The notes: generated from the sequence alone by a model not told the origin. 64,000 nucleotides of DNA from an uncultured Spirochaetota bacterium (GCA_963734545.1 CAVTHO010000003.1:320001-384000); one strand, 5' to 3'. Shown: positions 11,400-21,203, counted from the stretch's first letter. Numbers and translations: made by a program.

Positions 11400-12596
11400 A
11401 TGCCGGATGCAGGTGGATACGGCCTCGACACGTCTCACCTGAACGCAACCGAGACATACCGCGATTTCCAGCTCGGCCATATCACTGAAAAGCTCACGCT
11501 CGTCGACTCTTCGCTCGCGCTTTCGGACGCCGTCATGTTCGTCGAAAAGGATCCCACGCTGCGCGGGCTCGCGGTGGAGGAGCTGGACAAGGTCATCGGC
11601 GTCGTGACCCGGGAGACCATCATGGAAAAGGCCGGCTCACGAATCGAGTTGTTCAAGGGCAAAGCCATCAAGGCCTATCTGCTGGACGACTCGATACGCT
11701 ACGACGCGCGGGACTATTGCGAGAAGGCGTTCTACGAAGTCATCAGGATCGAAGACAGGAAAATCGTCAATCTCATCATCTACGAGGGGACGCATTTCTT
11801 CGGCGTCATTCCGGTCAATCATCTGATCCGGCACGTCTCGCGGATACGCGAGCTGGCGTACGAGCAGGCCAGATACATCCAGCAGTTCTTCCTGCAGAAG
11901 AGCGACGAAAGGATCGAAGGCCTGGACTTTGCGCACCTCATCAGGATGGCCCACCAGATCGGCGGGGATTTCTTTCACATCAGGAAGATCTCGGCCACCC
12001 AGTCCCTCTTTGCCTGCTTCGACGTGGCCAACAAGGACATCGCTGCCTCTCTCACCACCGGGCTCCTGAGCTCGTTCTTCTCCATGTACTTCGATCTGCA
12101 GAGACAGGACTTCGAGCCGCAGGACCTGACGAGCGCATTGAACAGGATTCTCGTCGAGCAGACGCCGGCGGATATCTTCGTGGTGGGGGTGATACTGTTT
12201 TTCGATCGGGAGCGGAAAATCGTCAGGATATTCAATCACGGGTTCTCGCCGCTCTTTATATCGACGCCCCGGGAGAACAACCTTTCGAAGCTGGTGCGCC
12301 AGAACTCCAGCCTTCTGCCGCTTGGAATAAACGCGGATCTCGACATCCCGGCCGGAGTCCGGGAAGTGCCGATCGCGCCTCACACGAAGTTTTTCATCTA
12401 CTCGGACGGCCTGCTCGACGCGCTGGACATCCGCGGGAACCGTTTCGGAGAGAACCGGATCAAGGAGTTCGTCGTTTCGAACATGAAGCTGAGGCCGGCT
12501 GCATTCGTGAAAAACCTGCAGGAGGAATTCGACGCATTTGTCGGGGATGCGATACAGGCCGATGATTTCACCGCAATCATGATCGAGGTCGAGTAG
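11400..12596 (+). CDS. PP2C/SpoIIE (RsbU-like) phosphatase with an N-terminal CBS-like region
   Basis: IGGDF, DVANK (DVSGK-like), YSDGLLDA..GN.FG and DDFT..... The N-terminus has CBS-like patterns (LAVEELDKVIGVVTR; LIIYEGTHFFGVI). Confidence 0.85.
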   Translation: MPDAGGYGLDTSHLNATETYRDFQLGHITEKLTLVDSSLALSDAVMFVEKDPTLRGLAVEELDKVIGVVTRETIMEKAGSRIELFKGKAIKAYLLDDSIRYDARDYCEKAFYEVIRIEDRKIVNLIIYEGTHFFGVIPVNHLIRHVSRIRELAYEQARYIQQFFLQKSDERIEGLDFAHLIRMAHQIGGDFFHIRKISATQSLFACFDVANKDIAASLTTGLLSSFFSMYFDLQRQDFEPQDLTSALNRILVEQTPADIFVVGVILFFDRERKIVRIFNHGFSPLFISTPRENNLSKLVRQNSSLLPLGINADLDIPAGVREVPIAPHTKFFIYSDGLLDALDIRGNRFGENRIKEFVVSNMKLRPAAFVKNLQEEFDAFVGDAIQADDFTAIMIEVE

Positions 12597-12602
12597 CGCC
12601 TT

Positions 12603-12779
12603 TTATTCGTCGATTGCCATGGGATTGCAGAGGTTGTCGTCACACGCGGCGACCCTGCCGCAGTTGAAGCAGATGAAACGGGGCGCGCGGGCCATCTCCT
12701 GGATCTCCTTGAACTTTCCGCTGCCCGCCAGCACGCAGAGATGTCCCTCGTGCTCTCCTTTGCATGATGCCTGTTTCAT
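12603..12779 (-). CDS. 58 aa Cys/His-rich putative metal-binding protein, below the ORF-track cutoff
   Basis: Manual translation MKQASCKGEHEGHLCVLAGSGKFKEIQEMARAPRFICFNCGRVAACDDNLCNPMAIDE*. It fills the gap after dhaL in the same orientation. Confidence 0.75.
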   Translation of the reverse strand: MKQASCKGEHEGHLCVLAGSGKFKEIQEMARAPRFICFNCGRVAACDDNLCNPMAIDE

Positions 12780-12812
12780 GATGGCCCATTACACCCGCCC
12801 CTTGAGCAAAAG

Positions 12813-13457
12813 TCAAGCGAGGAGGGAGGTGATGGAGCGGGCCATGGACCCGAGAAGCAGTGCGCACGAAGCGGCTCCCGGGTCCAGGTTTCCGCGCGAC
12901 CGTTCTCCGAGCCGGCTGGCGCGTCCGACCTTTGCCACGAGGTCTCTGGTCGATTCCTTGCCCTTCTCTGCTGCCGCTGCCATGTCCGCGAGCGCCCGCG
13001 CAAAATCGTTCCCGGAGGCAGCCGCTTCCTTGTACGCCCCGAGGGCCGGAACAAGGGCATCGATCATTGTCTTGTCGCCGATTCCGGCGTTCCCCAGGGA
13101 TGAGACCGCGTTCGTTCCCCGCTCGAGCATCTGCTGAAAGACGTCGATGCCGACGGCTTCGTGATCCCGCGCCGCCCGGGACATCTCGAGGAAGAAGCTT
13201 CCGTACAGGGGCCCCATGGCCCCGCCGATCTCGGCCATGAGCACGCGTCCGAGGGTCTGGAGCCCTTTGGCAAAGCCCCCCGGGTCGGCCTCCAGGAGCT
13301 GCCGGCAGAGCGTGAACCCCTTGTTCATGTTGACCCCGTGGTCGCCGTCACCGATGGCGCCGTCGATCTCGCTCAGAAGGCCGAAATTCTCCTGGATCGT
13401 CTTGATCATGTCGAGGACGATGCCTTCACCGTCCCGGTCCTGAAAGGCTTTTTTCAC
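12813..13457 (-). CDS. dhaL: Dihydroxyacetone kinase-like subunit L
   Basis: GTG start overlapping the dhaK stop; LSEIDGAIGDGDHGVNM, GGAMGPLYG, GDKTMIDAL and GRASRLGERS.G..DPGA. Confidence 0.92.
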   Translation of the reverse strand: MKKAFQDRDGEGIVLDMIKTIQENFGLLSEIDGAIGDGDHGVNMNKGFTLCRQLLEADPGGFAKGLQTLGRVLMAEIGGAMGPLYGSFFLEMSRAARDHEAVGIDVFQQMLERGTNAVSSLGNAGIGDKTMIDALVPALGAYKEAAASGNDFARALADMAAAAEKGKESTRDLVAKVGRASRLGERSRGNLDPGAASCALLLGSMARSITSLLA

Positions 13458-14470
13458 CGCGCCGCCTTCCGGCCGAATTGCGTGAGACCCATGGATTCCG
13501 CCTCCAGGTCCACCAGCTCTTTCAGCTCGCCGTCGAGCCTCATCAGCGTCAGGGTCACTCCCATCATTTCGAGCGATGTGAAGTAGTTGCCGACATACGG
13601 CCTGTAGACGGTAATCCGGCTCTTTTCGAGCAGACGCGCGACAGCGTCGTACAGGATATAGAGCTCCATGACAGGCGTGGCGCCGAGACCGGAAACCAGG
13701 GCCACGACTTCGTCTCCCGATGAGAACGGCAGGTCGGGCAGAATCACATCGAGCATCATTTCGGCCATGTCCGCTGCCGGCTTCAGGGTATCCACGCTGA
13801 TTCCCGGCTCGCCGTGGTGGCCGATTCCCACCTCCATCCTGCCGGCCTCGATCGTGAAGTTGGGCTTTCCGACCGCCGGGATGGTGCAGGGCGTAAGGCC
13901 GATGCCGATGCTGCGTGTATTGTCGATGGCTTTCCGGGCGGCCGCAATCACCTCGTCGAGACTGCCGCCAAGGGCCGCCTTTGCGCCGCCGACTTTCCAC
14001 ATGAGCACCTCGCCGGCCACCCCGCGGCGTTTTTCCCGCTCGGTCTTCGGGGCCGACGGCACGTCATCGTTGGCGACAACGGTTTTGACTTCGATCCCGT
14101 CGTCCCGGGCAAGCTGTATTGCCAGCTTGACGTTCATATTGTCCCCGGCATAGTTGCCGTAGAGGCAGGCCACGCCTTTGCCCGCGTGGGCGGCCCTGAA
14201 CGCGTCTGAGAAGGCCTGGGCGGACGGCGAGGTGAAGACCTCGCCCACCGCCACGGCATCCACCATGTTCTTTCCGACATAGCCGATGAAAGCCGGTTTG
14301 TGGCCCGAGCCCCCACCGGTGACAACCCCCACTTTGCCCGGGATCGGGGCATGCACGTACGAGAGGACCCGGGGGTTCTTCGTCCCCTTGACGAGATTCG
14401 GATGCGCCAGGGCAAAACCTTTGAGCATATCCTCCACGACCTGATTGGGATCATTGATGATGCGCTGCAT
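13454..14470 (-). CDS. dhaK: Dihydroxyacetone kinase-like subunit K
   Basis: GGGSGHKPAFIGYVG, G.VFTSPS, NYAGD.MN, RRGVAG, GIGHHGEPG and TSLEM.G. Confidence 0.92.
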   Translation of the reverse strand: MQRIINDPNQVVEDMLKGFALAHPNLVKGTKNPRVLSYVHAPIPGKVGVVTGGGSGHKPAFIGYVGKNMVDAVAVGEVFTSPSAQAFSDAFRAAHAGKGVACLYGNYAGDNMNVKLAIQLARDDGIEVKTVVANDDVPSAPKTEREKRRGVAGEVLMWKVGGAKAALGGSLDEVIAAARKAIDNTRSIGIGLTPCTIPAVGKPNFTIEAGRMEVGIGHHGEPGISVDTLKPAADMAEMMLDVILPDLPFSSGDEVVALVSGLGATPVMELYILYDAVARLLEKSRITVYRPYVGNYFTSLEMMGVTLTLMRLDGELKELVDLEAESMGLTQFGRKAAR

Positions 14471-14476
14471 GGTGAC

Positions 14477-15361
14477 CTATGCCTGGCGCCGTCCCGGCAG
14501 CGGGAGCAGGCCGGACCGTATCCCCATGTGCGCGGCATACCCCGGGTGCCGCGCGAGCATCCGCCTGTCCATCATCGGCACGCTCACTCCCAGGAAAAGA
14601 CCGGTGATGGCGATGGGCCCGATGATCGTCCACCACCAGGCGGGATTCGCCGCCAGCCCGAACAGGTACACGCCCCACCAGAACAGAACCTCGCCGAAAT
14701 AGTTGGGATGACGGGAGAGCGCCCACAGGCCGGTGTCCAGGATCTGCCCGCGAGCTCTCTCGGAGGCCAGGAACCGCCGGAGTTGCCTGTCCGCGAGGCC
14801 TTCGACGCCGATTGCCGTCACGGTGACCACGAGGGCCAGGAGATCGAGCACGCCGGCAGCGCGGCTGCCTTCCGCCAGCGCGGGAACGAGAGACATGCAC
14901 CCGAGGAAAACCAGGATCGTGGGAAAAAGATGAAATCCGAGGAAGCTGACCGGCCAGTATGCGGCACCCAGGCGCCGATAATCGGCATACCGCCAGTCCT
15001 CGTCGGCCAGACCATGCCAGCGGCGCAGCCAGTTTGCCGTCAGGCGCACCGCCCAGAAGAGGACGAGCGCAAGGAGGACGAGCTGGCGCGGCGTCAGGCC
15101 GGCGGAGAACTGCAGCATCCAGTAAAGCCCGATGGGAAAGGGCGCGACGCTCCAATAGGGATCGTAGACGCTGGAGTTGTCCAGCGCGAGGCTGAAAGCG
15201 AAAACCACGATGGTTGCCGCAATGTCGGCAAGCGCCGCGGCAAGCACGGGTGAACCGCTGCCGGCCAGGCGACAGACTCCGGCCGCGGTGAGGCCCGCGA
15301 CCAGGTAGGCCAGGAGGATCAGAAGGAGGGAGCGGTTTTTGCTCATCTTTGTCGTCGGCAT
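14477..15361 (-). CDS. DUF1295 / steroid 5-alpha-reductase-like membrane protein
   Basis: NSSVYDPYWS, EDWRY, AD.QL..F and GLW..SRHPNYFGE..WWG. Start taken at MPTTK after an AGGA Shine-Dalgarno. Confidence 0.88.
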   Translation of the reverse strand: MPTTKMSKNRSLLLILLAYLVAGLTAAGVCRLAGSGSPVLAAALADIAATIVVFAFSLALDNSSVYDPYWSVAPFPIGLYWMLQFSAGLTPRQLVLLALVLFWAVRLTANWLRRWHGLADEDWRYADYRRLGAAYWPVSFLGFHLFPTILVFLGCMSLVPALAEGSRAAGVLDLLALVVTVTAIGVEGLADRQLRRFLASERARGQILDTGLWALSRHPNYFGEVLFWWGVYLFGLAANPAWWWTIIGPIAITGLFLGVSVPMMDRRMLARHPGYAAHMGIRSGLLPLPGRRQA

Positions 15362-15383
15362 CGTATGTCCTTTCTCTTCGATC

Positions 15384-16223
15384 CTACCATGGGATCGGCT
15401 GTTTGCGTATTGCCGGCTGGCAGGAAGGGCAGTAGAACGAATCGTAGCCCAGCACTCCGGCACGCCGAATCGTGGTTCCACACCTGGGGCAGGGCTGGTC
15501 CTTCCTTCCGCGGACCCGCATATGGTCGCGGACCTTCACCTCGATGGGCATTCCCGCCTTTTCCACCTCGGCGATTCCCCACGCGATCACCGACCGGATG
15601 CTGTCATAGAGACCGCGGCGCTGCTCGGTGGAGAGGCTGCTGCATGAAGTTTTCGGGTGGATGCCTGCCGCGAACAGGATCTCATCCGCGTAGGCGTTTC
15701 CGATGGCGCTCAGCGCGGTCTGATCCATCAGGAACACCCTTGCCTGGTGCCGGCGCCCGGCGATCAGCCCTTCGAACTTTTCAAAGGTGAATGCATCCGA
15801 CAGAACATCCACGCCCTGTCCCTCGTAGCCGGGGATCGATTCATGACTTCCCGGGGCCGTGAGGTAGACCTTGCCCATGCGTTTGTCGTCGCCGTACCGA
15901 AGCCATTCCCCGTTGTCCAGGCGCAGGGAAAAGCACTGGTGGGGGACGGGCTTTTCCCCTGCCGCGGCTATCTGGAGCCTGCCGGCGAGCATGCAGTGCA
16001 CGATGAGCTCGGCGCGGCCGCTCAGCCCGAAGGCCAGAAACGGGCCATGCCGGGCCAGGCTCTCGATCCGCCTGCCCTGCAGCGCCGCGATGAAGCCGCC
16101 CGTGCCGGCCAGGAGCATGCGGATGACGATCGGCTCCTTCACGACGATCTCGTCGATACGCCGGTTCTCGATCCGGTGCCCGAGGTGTGTGACGATGTAG
16201 TGCAGGTCGGGAAGCTCCGGCAC
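15384..16223 (-). CDS. Fpg/Nei family DNA glycosylase/AP lyase
   Basis: N-terminal (M)PELPD from GTG 16223; H2TH motif LMDQ....IGNAYADEILF.AGIHP; C-terminal zinc finger CPRCG...YCPSCQ. Confidence 0.9.
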   Translation of the reverse strand: MPELPDLHYIVTHLGHRIENRRIDEIVVKEPIVIRMLLAGTGGFIAALQGRRIESLARHGPFLAFGLSGRAELIVHCMLAGRLQIAAAGEKPVPHQCFSLRLDNGEWLRYGDDKRMGKVYLTAPGSHESIPGYEGQGVDVLSDAFTFEKFEGLIAGRRHQARVFLMDQTALSAIGNAYADEILFAAGIHPKTSCSSLSTEQRRGLYDSIRSVIAWGIAEVEKAGMPIEVKVRDHMRVRGRKDQPCPRCGTTIRRAGVLGYDSFYCPSCQPAIRKQPIPW

Positions 16224-16325
16224 GTTCTCGAGTTGACCGCGCGGAACGCCTCTTGTCAACGACCGATCGGCCGCGTCAAGGAAATTTCCTGAGCCATGGC
16301 AGCAACCTGGATCTTATCTCGTTCA

Positions 16326-16356
16326 TATTAATGGTTTGGTGTTCCAATCATTAATA
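16326..16356. promoter_or_regulatory. AT-rich imperfect inverted repeat, candidate operator upstream of the Fpg/Nei gene
   Basis: TATTAATGGTTTGG-TGTT-CCAATCATTAATA in an otherwise very GC-rich window. Confidence 0.5.
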
Positions 16357-16372
16357 AGGCAGGAACGCTTTC

Positions 16373-16471
16373 CAGTACGGCGGGGTAGGGCGGGGTATGG
16401 CTGGGTACGGCGGGAACGGCTGGCTACGGCGGGGAACGGCTGGGTAGGGCGGGGTAGGCGGCGGGGTGCGG
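16373..16471. repeat. Degenerate G-rich 10-mer tandem repeat (~10 copies, consensus C[G/T]GGGTACGG)
   Basis: Units cggggtaggg|cggggtatgg|ctgggtacgg|cgggaacgg|ctggctacgg|cggggaacgg|ctgggtaggg|cggggtaggcgg|cggggtgcgg. Confidence 0.8.
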
Positions 16472-16506
16472 CCTGGCTTGTTCATGTCTGCCAAAGGCGG
16501 CGACCT

Positions 16507-17811
16507 CTACATCCGGCGTTTGTCCACCACGCGCCGTGTCTTGCCCTCGATCTGCCGGGCAATGGTCCGGGGTTCCACCAGCGTGACCCGCGCCTTGACG
16601 CCGATGAGGGAGTCTATCTCCGCCGCGACGCGCACCTTCAGCTTTTCCAGGGATTTCATCTCATCCATTTCCGGCATGGATTCCGAGATCTCCACGCGCA
16701 CCTCGAGGGTATCGATGCCCGCCTCCCGGTCCACCACTATTTCATAGTGGGGCTGCAGGCCGCTCACGCTCAGGATGATCTGCTCGATCTGGGAAGGGAA
16801 AACCTTCGAGGCCCCCATGATGATCAGGTCGTCGATCCTTCCGCGCACGCGTGACATCCGCTTCAATGTTCTTCCGCACACGCACGTCTCGGTGGAGAGG
16901 ACGCCGAGGTCCCCGGTCCTGTAGCGGATCAGGGGAAAGCCCTCTTTCGTGATGGTGGTGAATACCAGCTCCCCTTCCGCTCCCGGGGGCACGGGCGTAA
17001 GGGTACGGCTGTCCACCGCCTCGACGATGAAATGGTCCTCGTTGACATGCAGCCCGGCCCGGGCCTCGCACTCGAAGGAAACCCCGGGGCCCAGGATTTC
17101 CGTGAGCCCGTAGTTGTCGAAGGTGGTGATACGGAGGGAGCTCTCGATCTGCTCACGCAGCCCTTCGCTCCAGGGCTCGGCGCCGAGAAAGCCCGCTTTC
17201 AGGGACAGCTTTTCCGGATCTATGCCCTTTTCCGCCAGCGCGGCGGCAATGGCGATTGCGTACCCGGGCGTGCACGCAAGCGCGGTGGGCTTGAAGTCCC
17301 TCATGATGAGGGCCTGCTTCTCCAGCGCTCCGGTAGAAGCGGGGATCACGGAGGCGCCGATCTTCTCCGCGCCGTAGTGGAACCCCAGGCCGCCGGTGAA
17401 CAGACCGTAGGTGAAGGCCACCTGGATCACGTCGTGCTCGGTCATGCCCCCCGCGGAAAGCACGCGCGCCACGCACTCGGCCCACATCCTTATGTCGTTT
17501 CTCGTATAGCCGACCACGACAGGGCTGCCCATGGTGCCGGAGGTGGACTGGATGCGCACGATGTCGCGCAGGGGGAACGCGAACATGCCGTACGGATAGC
17601 TTTGCCTCAGGTCTTCCTTCGTCGTGAAGGGGAGCCCGGCCAGGTCGGAGAGAGAGCGCACGTCATCCGCGCGGGCGCCCTTGCCCGACAACCCCTGCCG
17701 GTAGAAGGCCACATTGCGCACGGCGCGATTCAGCGTTGCCTGCAGCCTTTCCAGCTGCAGCTGCGCCATCGCCTCCGCGTCCAGCTTTTCGTACTTCTCG
17801 TTCCAGATCAT
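16507..17811 (-). CDS. paaK: Phenylacetate-CoA ligase family protein, paralog 1
   Basis: [57 protein letters not shown] and GR.DD.II. Confidence 0.9.
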   Translation of the reverse strand: MIWNEKYEKLDAEAMAQLQLERLQATLNRAVRNVAFYRQGLSGKGARADDVRSLSDLAGLPFTTKEDLRQSYPYGMFAFPLRDIVRIQSTSGTMGSPVVVGYTRNDIRMWAECVARVLSAGGMTEHDVIQVAFTYGLFTGGLGFHYGAEKIGASVIPASTGALEKQALIMRDFKPTALACTPGYAIAIAAALAEKGIDPEKLSLKAGFLGAEPWSEGLREQIESSLRITTFDNYGLTEILGPGVSFECEARAGLHVNEDHFIVEAVDSRTLTPVPPGAEGELVFTTITKEGFPLIRYRTGDLGVLSTETCVCGRTLKRMSRVRGRIDDLIIMGASKVFPSQIEQIILSVSGLQPHYEIVVDREAGIDTLEVRVEISESMPEMDEMKSLEKLKVRVAAEIDSLIGVKARVTLVEPRTIARQIEGKTRRVVDKRRM

Positions 17812-17826
17812 CTCACGTGCGTCCTT

Positions 17827-18561
17827 TCACTCGTCGATGCGCCGGTACTCCCTGCCCAGGTATGCGCGGCGCACGTCGTGATTGCCCGCCAGCTCCTCCG
17901 CGGTGCCCTCCACCATGACGCGGCCTGTCTCCATCACGTATCCGCGATCCGCTATGGCCAGCGCCGCCCGCGCGTTCTGCTCCACGAGGAGCACCGTCTT
18001 TCCCTGCCGGCGAAGCCCGGCGATCACGGAGAAGATCTCCCGCACCACGAGAGGGGCAAGGCCGATGGACGGCTCGTCCAGCATGAGGAGGCCCGGCTTC
18101 GCCATGAGCGCGCGGCCGAGGGCGAGCATCTGCTGCTCGCCGCCGGACAGCGTGCCCGCCGTCTGTGCGTGCCTTCCGCCCAGGACCGGGAAAAGCGCAT
18201 AGATCTCCTCGATGTCGCTGTCCACCCGGCGCCGCCCGTCCCGCCGCGCCCTCAGGTAGGCGCCCAGGAGCAGGTTCTCCCTCACGGAAAGCTCGGCAAA
18301 GATCTGTCTGCCTTCCGGCACCAGGACGCATCCCCGGGAGGCGACGGCCTCGGCGGGCAGCGAGGTGATGTCGGCCGATGCGAATACGGCCGTGCCCGAG
18401 GAGGACCTGACGATCCCCGCAATGGCATTGAGCAGCGTGCTCTTGCCGGCCCCGTTCGCGCCGATGATGGTCACGATCTCGCCGGCGTTCACGTGCAGGG
18501 ACACTCCGTGCAGGACCTCCAGGCCGTCGTAGCCGGCGCGCAGGTTCCGTATCCTAAGCAT
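17827..18561 (-). CDS. livF: Liv-type ABC ATPase
   Basis: GANGAGKST, PEGRQIF, LSGGEQQMLA and LDEPSIGLAP. Start taken at MLRIRNL. Confidence 0.92.
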   Translation of the reverse strand: MLRIRNLRAGYDGLEVLHGVSLHVNAGEIVTIIGANGAGKSTLLNAIAGIVRSSSGTAVFASADITSLPAEAVASRGCVLVPEGRQIFAELSVRENLLLGAYLRARRDGRRRVDSDIEEIYALFPVLGGRHAQTAGTLSGGEQQMLALGRALMAKPGLLMLDEPSIGLAPLVVREIFSVIAGLRRQGKTVLLVEQNARAALAIADRGYVMETGRVMVEGTAEELAGNHDVRRAYLGREYRRIDE

Positions 18562-19324
18562 CGCCCTCTCCCAGGTACACGGCCACGACATGTCGATCCG
18601 CCTGCACGTCCCGCGGCGCGCCCTCGGCGATTCTGCGGCCCGCGCTGAGCACGAGCACCTCGTCGGAGATGCCCATGACCAGGGACATGTCGTGCTCGAC
18701 GATCAGCACGGTGATCCCGCGGTCCCTGATTTTCCCGATCAAAGCCCCCATGTCCTCCGTCTCCGCGGGATTCAGGCCGCACGCCGGCTCGTCCAGCAGC
18801 AGCAGGCGCGGCTCGGATGCCAGGGCGCGGGCGATCTCCACCACCCTCTGCCGTCCGAAGGGAAGGCTTGCCGCGTCACGATGCGCGAGATCGGCCGCTC
18901 CCAGCTCATCCAGCACGGCCAGGCACGCCTCCCGCGCGTGCGCCTCTCTCCGGCCGGTGATCGCGGGGCCGATGATGCTTGCCGCGAACCCGCCGCGGGT
19001 GCGGACGTGCCGGCCCACCATCACGTTTTCCAGGACGCTCATGCGGGGGAAAAGGCGCGTGGCCTGGAAGGTGCGGGAGACGCCGCGCCGGGCGATCTGG
19101 TGGGGCGGCAGCCCACCTGTCGGGCGTCCGTCGAACAGGATGGATCCGGACGCGGGCGCGAGGCTTCCCGCGATGAGATTGAAGAGGGTGGTCTTTCCCG
19201 CGCCGTTCGGGCCGATGATGGCCTTCACGATTCCGGCGCGGCAGGAAAAGCTCACGTCGTCGATGACGTGCAGGCCGCCGAACCAGCGGTGAAGCCTGCT
19301 CACTTCGAGAAGCGCGTGGCTCAT
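18554..19324 (-). CDS. livG: Liv-type ABC ATPase
   Basis: GPNGAGKTT, RTFQ, LPFGRQR.VEIARALA, LDEPACGLN and EHDM. Confidence 0.92.
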   Translation of the reverse strand: MSHALLEVSRLHRWFGGLHVIDDVSFSCRAGIVKAIIGPNGAGKTTLFNLIAGSLAPASGSILFDGRPTGGLPPHQIARRGVSRTFQATRLFPRMSVLENVMVGRHVRTRGGFAASIIGPAITGRREAHAREACLAVLDELGAADLAHRDAASLPFGRQRVVEIARALASEPRLLLLDEPACGLNPAETEDMGALIGKIRDRGITVLIVEHDMSLVMGISDEVLVLSAGRRIAEGAPRDVQADRHVVAVYLGEGDA

Positions 19325-20284
19325 CGCGCGTTTCCCGCGCGGCCGCGCCGCGCGAACAGGCCGAACACTCCCTGCGGCGCGAACAGCATGATCCCCACGA
19401 GGATGGCGCCGAATACCGCGTCATCGTAGAGACCGAATGCCCCGCGCAGCGAGAGGAAGGTAAGCACCGTGGAAACGGCAAGGGTTCCCCAGAGGCTCCC
19501 CATGCCGCCGGCCGCCACGAGCGCCACGTAGCGCACGGACTTCATCACTCCTGCCTCACCGGGGCCTATGCCGCCGTTGAAGAACGCGAGGCAGGCCCCG
19601 CCCACCCCGGCGTACAGCGCGCTCAGGACGAACGTGGCAAGCTTGAATCGCGCCACGTCGACACCCATGGCCGCGGCGGCGTCCTCGTTGCCGTGTATGG
19701 CCCGGAGCGCCCGGCCCACGCGCGAGTGCACGAGGTTGATCGCCGTCAAGAGGCCGGCCAGGACCAGGCCCCACGCGATGTAGTAGTTCGGCACGCGCAG
19801 CGCCTTCCTGCCCGGTGATTGCCAGTCCGGCAAACAGGGGGAAGGCCGGGATGTCGGAGAGACCGTCCGCTCCGCCGAACAGGTTTGTGCCGAGCAGGAC
19901 GCGGAGCACAATGATGCCGAACGCCAGTGTCGCCATGGCGAGGTAGTGCCCCCGCAGGCGCAGGACGGGGATCCCGATCAGGAGCGCCACGAGACCCGTG
20001 ATGAGGATCGCGGCCGGCAGCGACACCCATGATGCGAAGCCCACGGTTGCCAGCACGGCCGCCCCGTACCCGCCGATTGCGAAGAAGCCCCCGTGCCCCA
20101 TGGAGACCTGGCCGGCATAGCCCATGAGCAGGCAAAGGCCCAGCGCCACCAGTGTGTAGTAGGCGGACATGGTGAGCTGGGTCATGTAGAACTCGAGCTT
20201 CAGCGCGGAAAGCCCCACCTGGACGAGGATGATGAGCAGGAGAAGGCAGAAGACAGGGAAGTAACGCCTGAGGTACGTACGCAC
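19321..20284 (-). CDS. livM: Liv-type ABC permease; +1 frameshift near 19811
   Basis: N-terminal half in ORF 19556..20284 (GYAGQVSMGH, RLRGHYLAMATLAFG); C-terminal half in ORF 19321..19911 (SRVGRALRAI...AAAMGVD). Confidence 0.88.
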
Positions 20285-20294
20285 GCGGCGCCTT

Positions 20295-21191
20295 TCAGCC
20301 GCCGGCCCGGACGGGCGCCGCCTGCCTGCGCGCGAAAAGGCCCTGCGGCTTGAGGACGAGGATCAGGAGCAGGATCCCCAGCGCCACCACATCCTTGTAC
20401 GCCAGCGGCAGGACACTCACGCTTGCCGTTTCCAGCACTCCCACCACCAGGCCGGCAGCCACGGCAGCAGGGACGCTCCCCGAGCCCTCCCAGCACGGCA
20501 CAGGTGAATCCTTTGACTGCAAGTGATGAGCCCATGTCGTACTGGGTTTGCGTGAGCGGGGAGACGGCGCAGCCGGCCAGGGCGCCCATCGCGGCCGCCA
20601 GGAAGAAGGAAAGCGTGACCACGGTGGAGGCGCGGATGCCGCAGAGACGGGCCGCCGTGGGATTGGACGCGCAGGCGCGCATGGCCTTGCCCAGCAGCGT
20701 GGACCGGAAGAACAGGGTGAGGCCGACCACCATGAGCCCGGAGATCAGCAGCACCCAGAGAAGCTGGGGCGAGATGCGGGCGCCCAGCACGGCCAGGGAG
20801 GAGGTCTCATCACCGGAGAAGAACGGCAGGGCGTGCACTTTTTCATCCCAGATGTGCAGCCCCGCCTCCCGCAGGAGGATGGACAAGACCGATCGTGATG
20901 ATGATCATCCGCAGCACGGCGGGGTTCTTCAGCCAGGAGAGGAACACGATCTGCAGAAGGACCCCCGCGGCGCCGGTGGCGAGCACGGCCACGGCAATTG
21001 CCGCGGGGAGCGGCAGCACGGGGGCCAGAGAAATGGCGATCATGCCCGCCGAGCATCAGGAACTCGCCCTGGGCGAAGTTGATGATGCCCGTCGCGTTGT
21101 AGACGACGGTGAACCCGATGGCAACGACGGCGTACACGCTCCCGGTCGCGATCCCGGCCAGCAGGTACTGGAGGAGCTGTGTCGCCTGCAT
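20295..21191 (-). CDS. livH: Liv-type ABC permease; three +1 frameshifts (~21045, ~20885, ~20480)
   Basis: Pieces GSVYA..AIGF...YNATGIINFAQGEF / MIAISL.. / GKAMRACASN..AA.LCGI / KPQGLF spread over four ORFs in successive frames. Confidence 0.85.
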
Positions 21192-21203
21192 GCTCCCGCG
21201 CGC

